Made by a program: the position numbers and the translations under genes
The notes under the pieces: model-generated
Database searches by the model: none
What the model saw: only the letters and a program-made list of their open reading frames with translations
What the model was told of the DNA's origin: nothing
IMG/VR virus record: IMGVR_UViG_2029527006_000005
Length of the DNA: 64,000 nt
Source: a virus
Taxonomy: Duplodnaviria > Heunggongvirae > Uroviricota > Caudoviricetes
Strand: one strand, 5' to 3'
In this document: positions 56,231-64,000 of the stretch, piece after piece
How the letters are laid out: every line of letters starts with the position of its first letter
Numbering within the stretch: position 1 is the stretch's first letter

Positions 56231-56268
56231 CGTATTTATAACAATAAAGGATGCACGAGGCATCCTTT
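56231..56268 (-). terminator. putative terminator hairpin after the topo gene
   Basis: AAAGGATGC-ACGAG-GCATCCTTT (9-bp stem); weak U-tract. Confidence 0.35.
56233..56240 (-). promoter_or_regulatory. T4-type late promoter core TATAAATA
   Basis: plus strand tatttata; about 30 nt upstream of the ATG of the 793-aa gene. Confidence 0.35.
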
Positions 56269-56275
56269 AATATAC

Positions 56276-57697
56276 TTAGTCTTTTTCTGCTTTTGGTGTG
56301 CAGTCCATCTTACGTAGTTTCTTGAGTTCATCAGCATAAATGGTCCAGATCTCTTCTGGATTATCTAGAATGTCCTGATACTTATTCATTAAGTCTAGAG
56401 CTTCTTGAATCTCTTCTAGTGTCTTATTGTAGTTCTCTTGTGTCCAACGATAAGAAGCATAGTTCACGATGTTTTGGATATTATCATCGGTAGCTTGAAT
56501 ATCATCATTGAGTACTGTAACAAAATCAACTAGCTCTTGACGGTTTTGGAAGTCTTTAATCTTCGTTACCATCTCATTCTCAAAACACTTAGCTACTAGT
56601 GCTTTATAACGTACTTCTGCTTCTGCTTTAGCCAATAGATGCTCATAACGTTTCACGTAATATTTGAAACGGAAATGAACAAAGTCATGGATTAAGTCAG
56701 AAGTGTTATTGTAGACTTTTACACGACCGTTCTCACCGAGTACTACAAGTGATTGGGTCAATTTACTACTCAAACCAAAGTACTTGATTACATCACTTTC
56801 TACCCATTTAGCACTTGTGCCACGTGGTAGTTTGATAGTAATATCAATCGTATCAGTACTGTCATTGTCGTAGTCACGGATTTCACCGCTGTCCTGCATA
56901 GCAATTAGTTTCTCAATAAAAGAATCAATCTTCACACGAGGTGGTAGACCTAGAATCTTAACTGAACTTGCATCAATTACTTCTGCACGACCATAGAATT
57001 CATATTTGTTTTCATCGATTTCACCAACAATATCACTAGCACCAAGTGACACACAATAAGGAGTCATTTTCTGTAGTGGCTTTTTGTTAATTACGCGTAA
57101 GCAGTTGTCGATAATATCTTCGATGCGATAAGGTAGAATCAAACTCTTATAACCTACAGACATACTATCATTACCAAATAGTGATAATGGGATAATAGGT
57201 AGGAAGTGAGTTGGTTCCATTGTTGTACCATCATAGTTTTCTTGCATTGGTACAATGTCCATATCTTGTAGTACTAACGCTTCTGTTACTGCGGTACGTT
57301 TAACGTAAGTATAACGAGCACTAGCTGGAGTACTGTTAACCTGTGTACCGAAACCACCACGTTTACCGATGAGTGGATAGTTGTTAGCTACTGGACTTGC
57401 AAGGTTCTGTAGTGTTCCTGAAGCGGAAGTGTCACCGTGAAGGTAGATACCATCACTAATCATACGTCCTGCTGCGGATACAGTTTTAATCTCACCTGAG
57501 ATTTTACTTAGCGTGAAGATAGCCTTACGCTGTGAGCTTTTCAATCCATCAATACCGGGGATTGCACGGTCGAGAGTACTGACAGAATATTCCAATGATG
57601 ATTGGTTGATATATTCAGAACTCACGTATTTTAGTAGTGTTAGCGTTGCGTTTTCAATAGCATTACTTGCAGCCGCTTTTTTAGTTGATTTAGCCAT
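56276..57697 (-). CDS. gp52: DNA topoisomerase II medium subunit (T4 gp52-like, GyrA-like)
   Basis: TopoIIA breakage-reunion region with active-site Tyr context; 473 aa. Confidence 0.85.
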   Translation of the reverse strand: MAKSTKKAAASNAIENATLTLLKYVSSEYINQSSLEYSVSTLDRAIPGIDGLKSSQRKAIFTLSKISGEIKTVSAAGRMISDGIYLHGDTSASGTLQNLASPVANNYPLIGKRGGFGTQVNSTPASARYTYVKRTAVTEALVLQDMDIVPMQENYDGTTMEPTHFLPIIPLSLFGNDSMSVGYKSLILPYRIEDIIDNCLRVINKKPLQKMTPYCVSLGASDIVGEIDENKYEFYGRAEVIDASSVKILGLPPRVKIDSFIEKLIAMQDSGEIRDYDNDSTDTIDITIKLPRGTSAKWVESDVIKYFGLSSKLTQSLVVLGENGRVKVYNNTSDLIHDFVHFRFKYYVKRYEHLLAKAEAEVRYKALVAKCFENEMVTKIKDFQNRQELVDFVTVLNDDIQATDDNIQNIVNYASYRWTQENYNKTLEEIQEALDLMNKYQDILDNPEEIWTIYADELKKLRKMDCTPKAEKD

Positions 57698-57749
57698 TCC
57701 TTTGCCTCTTTGTTATTTCGGGGTACTTCCTGTACCCCTTCTTTAGTAC

Positions 57750-59723
57750 TTAGTCTTTCATCCATTCTTTACGGTCATCAGCACGTTCTTTGTTGAAGAT
57801 TAGGTCAAGGGTTGGACCCAAGTTACCATCATCAACAATAGCTACTGCTACGCCGTTAGTTAGTGCATCACGGAAGTTACTCTTCTCTAGAGTACCCAAT
57901 CCTTTAGCACGAGTTGCTTTCCAACCTTTCCATTCTTCTGGGTTATATTCTTCTACGTTGTGACCGTAGTAATAACGACTTTCTTTTCCTTTCTCCAAAA
58001 TAATAAAAGGAGTTTTGAAAATATACACGAATGGGTTTTCGGCATCTTCGAACAATTCAGGCCAGAACTTATATAGGAAGTTCACGACTAGTGCACCGAT
58101 GTTTTTACCATCCTCATCTTCGTCAGCACAGATATATAGTTTACCGTAGTTTAATTCATCACGGATTGCTTTCTGTCCGGGGATCAAGTTGATACTAGCC
58201 ATAATGTCTTTTAGGGCATCACTATCCATTAAGTCTTTGGTCTTTTCAGTACCGTTGACGTTCTTGATCTTACCACGAAGTGGGAGTATACCATGTTTCT
58301 TAGAATCACGTGCTGCTGACATGTTACTTACCGCTGAATCACCTTCTGCAATTAGAAGAATACATTCAGTACGGTTAGAACCAGTTGCATCAAGTAACTT
58401 AGCTACTTTAGCTTTTAGAAGTTTCTTAGCTAGACGACGATCTTCATCTGCGTCCTTCTTATTAGTACGTGCAGCAGTACGCTCAAAGATTTCTTCAACC
58501 CAATCTTTGTTTTTCTTCACTAGTTCATCAAAGAACTCAGGAGTCATAGCTTTTTTAACTGGAGCAATAACGTTCTCATTAGTTAGCTTAGATTTAATCT
58601 GTGAGTTGAACGATGGTGCGTTCATAGTAGTCACGTTATAAATCATTAGACCTTCTTCAATGTCTCCACGGTTAGGAGTCATTTTGCGTTTCTTAGCTTC
58701 TTTTTCAAGTGCAGTACTAACGCCTAGGGCAAAGAACTTTTTAAATGTTTCAAGGTGAGTACCGCCATCAAACGCAGGAGCGTTGTTAACAATACCTTGC
58801 ATGTGGAAGTTGGTATTCATATCTTTTACTGCGTTTGGCACAATATAGAAAGTACTGTCAAATCCAATGCTATCATCTTTAACATTTAGGTTCATCATTT
58901 TGTTTGCACCAAAAAGAGTTTTCTCTGGTGTCGCCTTAGTAGCAATCTTCTTGCCATTAAGGATAATCTTGTACGCTGGATTAGCAGAAGCAATCTCTTT
59001 CAAGATACTGTAAACTAAATCCATTGGGAGGTTGCGATTCTTGAACACTTCTGGACTTAGCGTGAAGCTAATTGATGTACCAGTTTTATCCGCTTGAACT
59101 TTGCGAATTGTAGGTTCTTGAATATCTAGTTCAGGGAACATAATAGTACCTTCCTTGAACTTTTGGTTGAACTTATAAATTCCATCATAGCCATCATTAG
59201 ATGCTTGGGTCTTATAAGGACGACCGTTGCGGTGAATCTCTAGCTCTGCTTTCGAACTCACACACATTGTAATGGAACCACCTAGACCGTTCTGACCGAT
59301 TGTACCTTCACGTTTTGAATCGTCAAAGTTACGACCAGTTTTGGTTTCAGTTAGTACCATAGTACACAAATGTACATCGAACTCTGGTACGTAATCAATT
59401 GGAATACCACGACCGTTATCACTTATTACAAATGATAAATCGTCTTCGTTGTAATCAATTTTTAGTACAGGATCTTTTGTACCTGCTTTTTTAAACTCAT
59501 CAAGAGAGTTATCAATGATCTCACGGAACGCTGTTATTAGTGCTGGAACCCATTCTAGGTTCACAACGTTATAACCGTCTTCTTTGAAAAGTACCACTTG
59601 GTGTTCATGAACAGAACGTGAACCTAAGTACATTTCAGTACGAATGCGAGCATGTTGATAGTCGTTTAGTCGCTGAACGTCATGTTCAGAAAGCACGGAT
59701 GAGGATTTCTTTTCTTTTGCCAT
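57750..59723 (-). CDS. gp39: DNA topoisomerase II large subunit (T4 gp39 fused with gp60-like region; GyrB-like ATPase)
   Basis: GHKL ATPase motifs (EIIDNSLDE, DNGRGIP, GLGGS), Toprim region; 657 aa implies a 39+60 fusion as in many T4 relatives. Confidence 0.85.
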   Translation of the reverse strand: MAKEKKSSSVLSEHDVQRLNDYQHARIRTEMYLGSRSVHEHQVVLFKEDGYNVVNLEWVPALITAFREIIDNSLDEFKKAGTKDPVLKIDYNEDDLSFVISDNGRGIPIDYVPEFDVHLCTMVLTETKTGRNFDDSKREGTIGQNGLGGSITMCVSSKAELEIHRNGRPYKTQASNDGYDGIYKFNQKFKEGTIMFPELDIQEPTIRKVQADKTGTSISFTLSPEVFKNRNLPMDLVYSILKEIASANPAYKIILNGKKIATKATPEKTLFGANKMMNLNVKDDSIGFDSTFYIVPNAVKDMNTNFHMQGIVNNAPAFDGGTHLETFKKFFALGVSTALEKEAKKRKMTPNRGDIEEGLMIYNVTTMNAPSFNSQIKSKLTNENVIAPVKKAMTPEFFDELVKKNKDWVEEIFERTAARTNKKDADEDRRLAKKLLKAKVAKLLDATGSNRTECILLIAEGDSAVSNMSAARDSKKHGILPLRGKIKNVNGTEKTKDLMDSDALKDIMASINLIPGQKAIRDELNYGKLYICADEDEDGKNIGALVVNFLYKFWPELFEDAENPFVYIFKTPFIILEKGKESRYYYGHNVEEYNPEEWKGWKATRAKGLGTLEKSNFRDALTNGVAVAIVDDGNLGPTLDLIFNKERADDRKEWMKD

Positions 59724-59755
59724 TATTTGCTGTCCTTGTCTCTTTGTCTCTTAGC

Positions 59756-59792
59756 CAATATTATATCACATTTTTGCTTCTTTGTCTCAAAA
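59756..59792 (-). promoter_or_regulatory. conserved sigma70-like promoter (copy 9, -35 variant TTGAGACA)
   Basis: attatatcaca (59760-59770) ... tgtctcaa (59783-59790); 17-nt spacer; 30 nt upstream of the gp39 start. Confidence 0.55.
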
Positions 59793-59793
59793 A

Positions 59794-59825
59794 ATATCGG
59801 AAACACCTTGCGATGCCTCCGATAT
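59794..59825 (-). terminator. putative terminator hairpin
   Basis: ATATCGGA-N16-TCCGATAT followed by TTTTTTGAG on the minus strand; just after the stop of the 903-aa gene. Confidence 0.3.
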
Positions 59826-59828
59826 TAT

Positions 59829-62540
59829 TTATTTAACTAGTAGAAGCCGTAATTCAGCACTTGGGCTGTTTTCATCTTCGTTCCAGTATTTGTGTACTTT
59901 TTCTGGGGTAGCACGTGCTAGTACTTCACCACCACCTACAACATACACTGTATGGTTAGTAAGTAATCGTGTCCAGAATTTTATTGCATCATCACTGTGT
60001 AATCCATCACTAAGTATAGAATATCCTGCATTTAAAATATCCATATACATTTGGTATACTACACCTTTAACGTTTGATTTAGCAGCTACCGCATTTTCAA
60101 CGAATACGTTTGGTACTCCCTGTACTGCTTTTGAACTAACATGACCACTAAGTAATGCTAGTTGGTTACCTTGTTTATCTAAAGCAATAAAACCTGAACC
60201 ATTTTTTATAATCATAACATCAAATTTTTCGTGCTCTGCAAATAGTGCCATGTTATGTTTGCCTGTCATTTTTACTGACTTGTCAACAAACTCATCACGA
60301 TCTTGATTTGCGAATGCATCAAAACGCTGTGGCATTTCATCTAACTTAACATCACGTTCAGTACTAGTACCTGCGTGAACTGGTGCTGATTTCTGATTTG
60401 GCTTAACTGGTTTCCCTTGTAAGTCATATTCTTCTTCTTCACCTAGTTGGTTAATAGTATGCTGTTTATTTTTCTTAGCTTTGTTCATTAAGTTAACATC
60501 AGTCATTTTATTAGCTTGATCAATACCATCTGCAATTTCAGCATCTTGTACTAAATCCATAAAGCCACGCATTGAAGATTCTTCAACTGGTGCTCTAGAA
60601 CTTTCTTGGACATATCGCCATACGTTGTCAAGACTATCTGGGGTTGTTGTCTTATCAAGATTTTTGAATACACGGTTGAATTGTCTGTCAGTACTTTCAA
60701 GATAAATCTCAAATAGTCGAGTCATTACATGTTCTACATCTTTATAAGAAATTCTAGTTATCCCATCATATGTTTCAGCGTTATCTATTTGAACCCCATC
60801 AGCATAACCAGCTTGCATATATAATGGAATACGAAGACCTTTAAACTCAATATATAGAGTTCCTTCATCAATGTAAGCATTTAATTTTTTACCTTCAGGT
60901 TCACCGCCCATTTTCTTAACAGCAGAATTATACCAATTACCAAATTCATCAGCAATATCTTCGATACTCATTTCTGAACCATCAACCTTGTGTTGGAGTT
61001 CATTAATGAATCGTTCGGTCATGTCAAAGTTCTTAAACCAATTAATATATTCGGTAATTATATCAGCTTTGTCAAATGGAATATCCATATTAACTGCGTT
61101 TCCATCGGATAATGCGGAGCGATCTTTCCATGCGGTGAGCATAATCTTACCATTATATTTCATGAAACGTAATATACTATCATCACTCAAATGATAAACC
61201 ATCGAAGCTAGTTTATTATATGGGTTTGCATAATCATCGCGTGGAGTACCATGTTCACGTTCTTCTTCAACATTGTATGGTTTAAGATCGTTTGTAGATT
61301 CCATTGCACGATAGATTTTAACCATTGGGTCATTACCATCTGCATCTTTGTCTGGACCGTTAGTACTAGAATGATACATACGGTTTTCACCACCATCAAC
61401 ATCTTTAGGTTCTAAATCCAATTCTGAATCTTCTTCATTATCCATTTCTTGATAATGTTTTGCAAGTCCTTTAAAAATAAGAGTCATATGTTTTTTAGCA
61501 TTAGCATCTTCTTTATAATTTTTAAGAGCTTGATATACACTACCTTGACCATGAGCTAAACGTTTAAATGCATATTGAATCGCATCTTTAATATCACGAT
61601 TCATATTACCACTTAATTCATTTCTGTCTTTTTGATTATCTAACCACAATATCCCAGCATTTATCATATCTTTAGTTTGTGGACCAAATTCAACACCACT
61701 TGCGTGGTATGCATCGTCCATGCCACCATAACCTTTCTTCATTTCAAGGTTTTTGTCTTTTAATGAACTCACTTGAGTTGTTACGATTTCTTGGAATGCG
61801 TGTTGCATTTCGTGCTCTAACGAACCCAAGAAATAATCCATACGTTCCATAGTCTTCGTAATTCCATCTGTACCGGATGTAGAAGAGAATTGAAAATATT
61901 CTGGTCTTAGGGAAAGAACAATTTCACTTGTGCGGTCATTAATTTTTTTAGCATGACCACCAGCACGACGATTATAATAGTTAGCATCGAAAGTTACAAA
62001 TACTGCCATCTTTTCGATGATTGCTTTTACTTTTTCATTCTGTAAAGACTTAGGTAATTCCCTGAAAATTGCTTCATGGTCAATTGGCATTTTAATACTT
62101 TGGTTCACATACCGTTTCATACTAGCATCATTCAGTACTTGAGCACCGTACTTCTGTTGGAAACGTTTTAGGAACGGAAGAATTTTAGATGCAACTAGCT
62201 GATCTAATTCATCATCTGTATTTTGTTGCATCTGTTGGAATGATTTATATGCAAGTGTTAATACAATTGAAGACGCATACTTTTGCATTAGTTTTAACGA
62301 ACTTGGTGGTACTGGAAAATTACCAACCCCACTAGCTTCATCTAATAGTTCTTCGTCTAGAATTTCTTCTTCTTTTACACGTTCTGGTTTCTTGGAACCC
62401 TTCTTGAGAGTTCCCGCCTTTTCGTCGGCCTTATTCCATTCTTTGGCGGTTTTAGTAGACATACCCGCTTTCTTAGCGAAATCCGGGTTATGTGCTGCCG
62501 CAGCAAAAAATCTAGCTTGTGCTTTTGATTTACTAGGCAT
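59829..62540 (-). CDS. large HExxH (zincin-like) protein, 903 aa
   Basis: HEMQHAFQE motif; basic N-terminus MPSKSKAQARFFAAAAHNPDFAKKAG; paralog of the next gene. Confidence 0.65.
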   Translation of the reverse strand: MPSKSKAQARFFAAAAHNPDFAKKAGMSTKTAKEWNKADEKAGTLKKGSKKPERVKEEEILDEELLDEASGVGNFPVPPSSLKLMQKYASSIVLTLAYKSFQQMQQNTDDELDQLVASKILPFLKRFQQKYGAQVLNDASMKRYVNQSIKMPIDHEAIFRELPKSLQNEKVKAIIEKMAVFVTFDANYYNRRAGGHAKKINDRTSEIVLSLRPEYFQFSSTSGTDGITKTMERMDYFLGSLEHEMQHAFQEIVTTQVSSLKDKNLEMKKGYGGMDDAYHASGVEFGPQTKDMINAGILWLDNQKDRNELSGNMNRDIKDAIQYAFKRLAHGQGSVYQALKNYKEDANAKKHMTLIFKGLAKHYQEMDNEEDSELDLEPKDVDGGENRMYHSSTNGPDKDADGNDPMVKIYRAMESTNDLKPYNVEEEREHGTPRDDYANPYNKLASMVYHLSDDSILRFMKYNGKIMLTAWKDRSALSDGNAVNMDIPFDKADIITEYINWFKNFDMTERFINELQHKVDGSEMSIEDIADEFGNWYNSAVKKMGGEPEGKKLNAYIDEGTLYIEFKGLRIPLYMQAGYADGVQIDNAETYDGITRISYKDVEHVMTRLFEIYLESTDRQFNRVFKNLDKTTTPDSLDNVWRYVQESSRAPVEESSMRGFMDLVQDAEIADGIDQANKMTDVNLMNKAKKNKQHTINQLGEEEEYDLQGKPVKPNQKSAPVHAGTSTERDVKLDEMPQRFDAFANQDRDEFVDKSVKMTGKHNMALFAEHEKFDVMIIKNGSGFIALDKQGNQLALLSGHVSSKAVQGVPNVFVENAVAAKSNVKGVVYQMYMDILNAGYSILSDGLHSDDAIKFWTRLLTNHTVYVVGGGEVLARATPEKVHKYWNEDENSPSAELRLLLVK

Positions 62541-64000
62541 TTATATATTCCTTAATTTATTAATCTTCTCAATGTAACTGGAGAAGTCTAATAGTACTTC
62601 TCTCGCTTCGTTAGGATTATTTACTGAACCCTGAACGAATGATTGTAGTAGGTTTATTACTTTCATAGGTGGAAGTACGAAATAGAGTTCTTCACCCGGA
62701 TCTTTAACTATTAAACGATCCTTATTATCTTCATCCAAATACAAACCTAATGGTAATCCTGCAATACTAAATTCTGCTCCCGCTTCATCATCAAATGGAA
62801 CCTTCATGAATTCTGCATAATTCAAAATACGTTCTTTAATGTTAAGTAGATTTTGTTCTGTTAAATCTTTACCTTTATCTACATAACTATCGAAGGTTGT
62901 TAGTACATCATCAGCATCAAAATATGTATTTTCGGTTATGATTCCAATAAAGTTTAACAAAGATTGAGAATCTAATGTTTCCATTTCATCATAATTACCG
63001 TGCTTGAAAGTAACTTGGTATTCACCATTACTTTTAGGAGCAACAATAACTTCCCAATTGGAATTCTTAGATTCCAATGATAACCATTGAATATCGTCAC
63101 CTTTTTGTCTACCATTAATAGTAAACTTCTCTGACTTCTTACGCATCATTTGTAATGCAGTTGCTAGTACGTTTATATTAGCTTCTAGTACTTCAGGCTC
63201 CAAATCAGAATAACGATAATCTACGCCATTTTGTTGTAACTGTTTATACACAGGAGCAACTTTGGAATAGATTGCTTTTAGGGCTTTCTGATAACCATCT
63301 GGATTATGCTTGCGTTGATAGCCTAGGAAGTCTCTAATAGTTTTGTCTTCTTGGAAAGCATCAACTAATGCATTGTTTATTGCTCGGTTCATCTTTTTAT
63401 CAAGTACACCACCAATAGAATCACGTTCTAAAATATCATTAATAGTATTAATAACATCTCCTAACTGTGGAGTATATTCAATACCACTTGTGTAATATCC
63501 TTGGGCTGCATCACCGTAGTTATCACCTCGGTCTAGTTGCTTGTTGGTCTTATTTGGATTTTTGTTGTTTTGGATAGTTTTGATAGCAAAATCTTGCACT
63601 ACGTGTTGGCACTCATGGTATACAGTACGCATAATAGCGTTTGCCGTATTGAGAGAGTTACGACCATTCAATCTACCAGTATGTACCATTAGACGAACTA
63701 TCTTTCCGTCATTAGTTATGGAACCAGCAGCTTCACTTGAGCCACCTACAATAAAGAGTTCAAACTTAGCATTGTTCTTCACTTGTTCGACCATCTCCGG
63801 TGTAATACCTTTATAGTTCAACTCATTGAAGAAACGATCATAGTCTAGATCTAAACGGATGTTCTTTCCATCTAGTTGGCTAAATGTAGCAGTACTAATA
63901 TTCTTTGCACCAAACTTCTGTTGTAGTTTACCGATAGTTTGTTTTATATCGTTTTGAATCTTTTGTTTTTCATGTTCTGGTGTATTTTCATTATTAAGCA
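62541..64000 (-). CDS. large HExxH (zincin-like) protein, paralog; C-terminal 486 aa of a gene continuing past the window end
   Basis: HECQHVVQD motif; the frame is open upstream of the track's start (which is a TTG codon) to position 64000. Confidence 0.6.
   Translation of the reverse strand, partial: LNNENTPEHEKQKIQNDIKQTIGKLQQKFGAKNISTATFSQLDGKNIRLDLDYDRFFNELNYKGITPEMVEQVKNNAKFELFIVGGSSEAAGSITNDGKIVRLMVHTGRLNGRNSLNTANAIMRTVYHECQHVVQDFAIKTIQNNKNPNKTNKQLDRGDNYGDAAQGYYTSGIEYTPQLGDVINTINDILERDSIGGVLDKKMNRAINNALVDAFQEDKTIRDFLGYQRKHNPDGYQKALKAIYSKVAPVYKQLQQNGVDYRYSDLEPEVLEANINVLATALQMMRKKSEKFTINGRQKGDDIQWLSLESKNSNWEVIVAPKSNGEYQVTFKHGNYDEMETLDSQSLLNFIGIITENTYFDADDVLTTFDSYVDKGKDLTEQNLLNIKERILNYAEFMKVPFDDEAGAEFSIAGLPLGLYLDEDNKDRLIVKDPGEELYFVLPPMKVINLLQSFVQGSVNNPNEAREVLLDFSSYIEKINKLRNI

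Overview
This window is a gene-dense segment of a large T4-like (Tevenvirinae-like) myovirus genome, AT-rich and almost entirely transcribed on the minus strand. Recognisable T4-type core genes are a fused topoisomerase II large subunit (gp39/60-like, 657 aa), topo II medium subunit (gp52-like), clamp-loader gp44-like, a DexA-like DEDD exonuclease and a GroES/gp31-like co-chaperonin, but their order is not that of T4. Interspersed are at least 12 tRNA genes plus several degenerate tRNA-like elements, at least five HNH or PD-(D/E)XK homing-endonuclease-like genes, nine copies of a highly conserved sigma70-like promoter (TTGGGACAAA-N13-TGTGATATAAT on the minus strand), two perfect TTGACA-N17-TATAAT promoters with hairpin spacers, and many hairpin/U-tract terminators. 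Accessory content worth a second look: (i) a family of at least 15 small paralogous proteins sharing a C-terminal [DE]EEx[FY]FQxST motif; (ii) an ADP-ribosylglycohydrolase and a NADAR-like protein separated by a 560-nt untranslated leader; (iii) a 172-aa ORF homologous to the segment of PolIII alpha (DnaE) just before the catalytic palm aspartates; (iv) two large paralogous HExxH (zincin-like) proteins; (v) membrane modules (SPFH/band-7 lipoprotein with a small TM partner, LemA-like, TelA-like); (vi) a PTH2-type peptidyl-tRNA hydrolase; (vii) tRNAs with apparently unusual anticodons. All functional calls come from reading motifs in the translated ORFs and could not be checked against databases.
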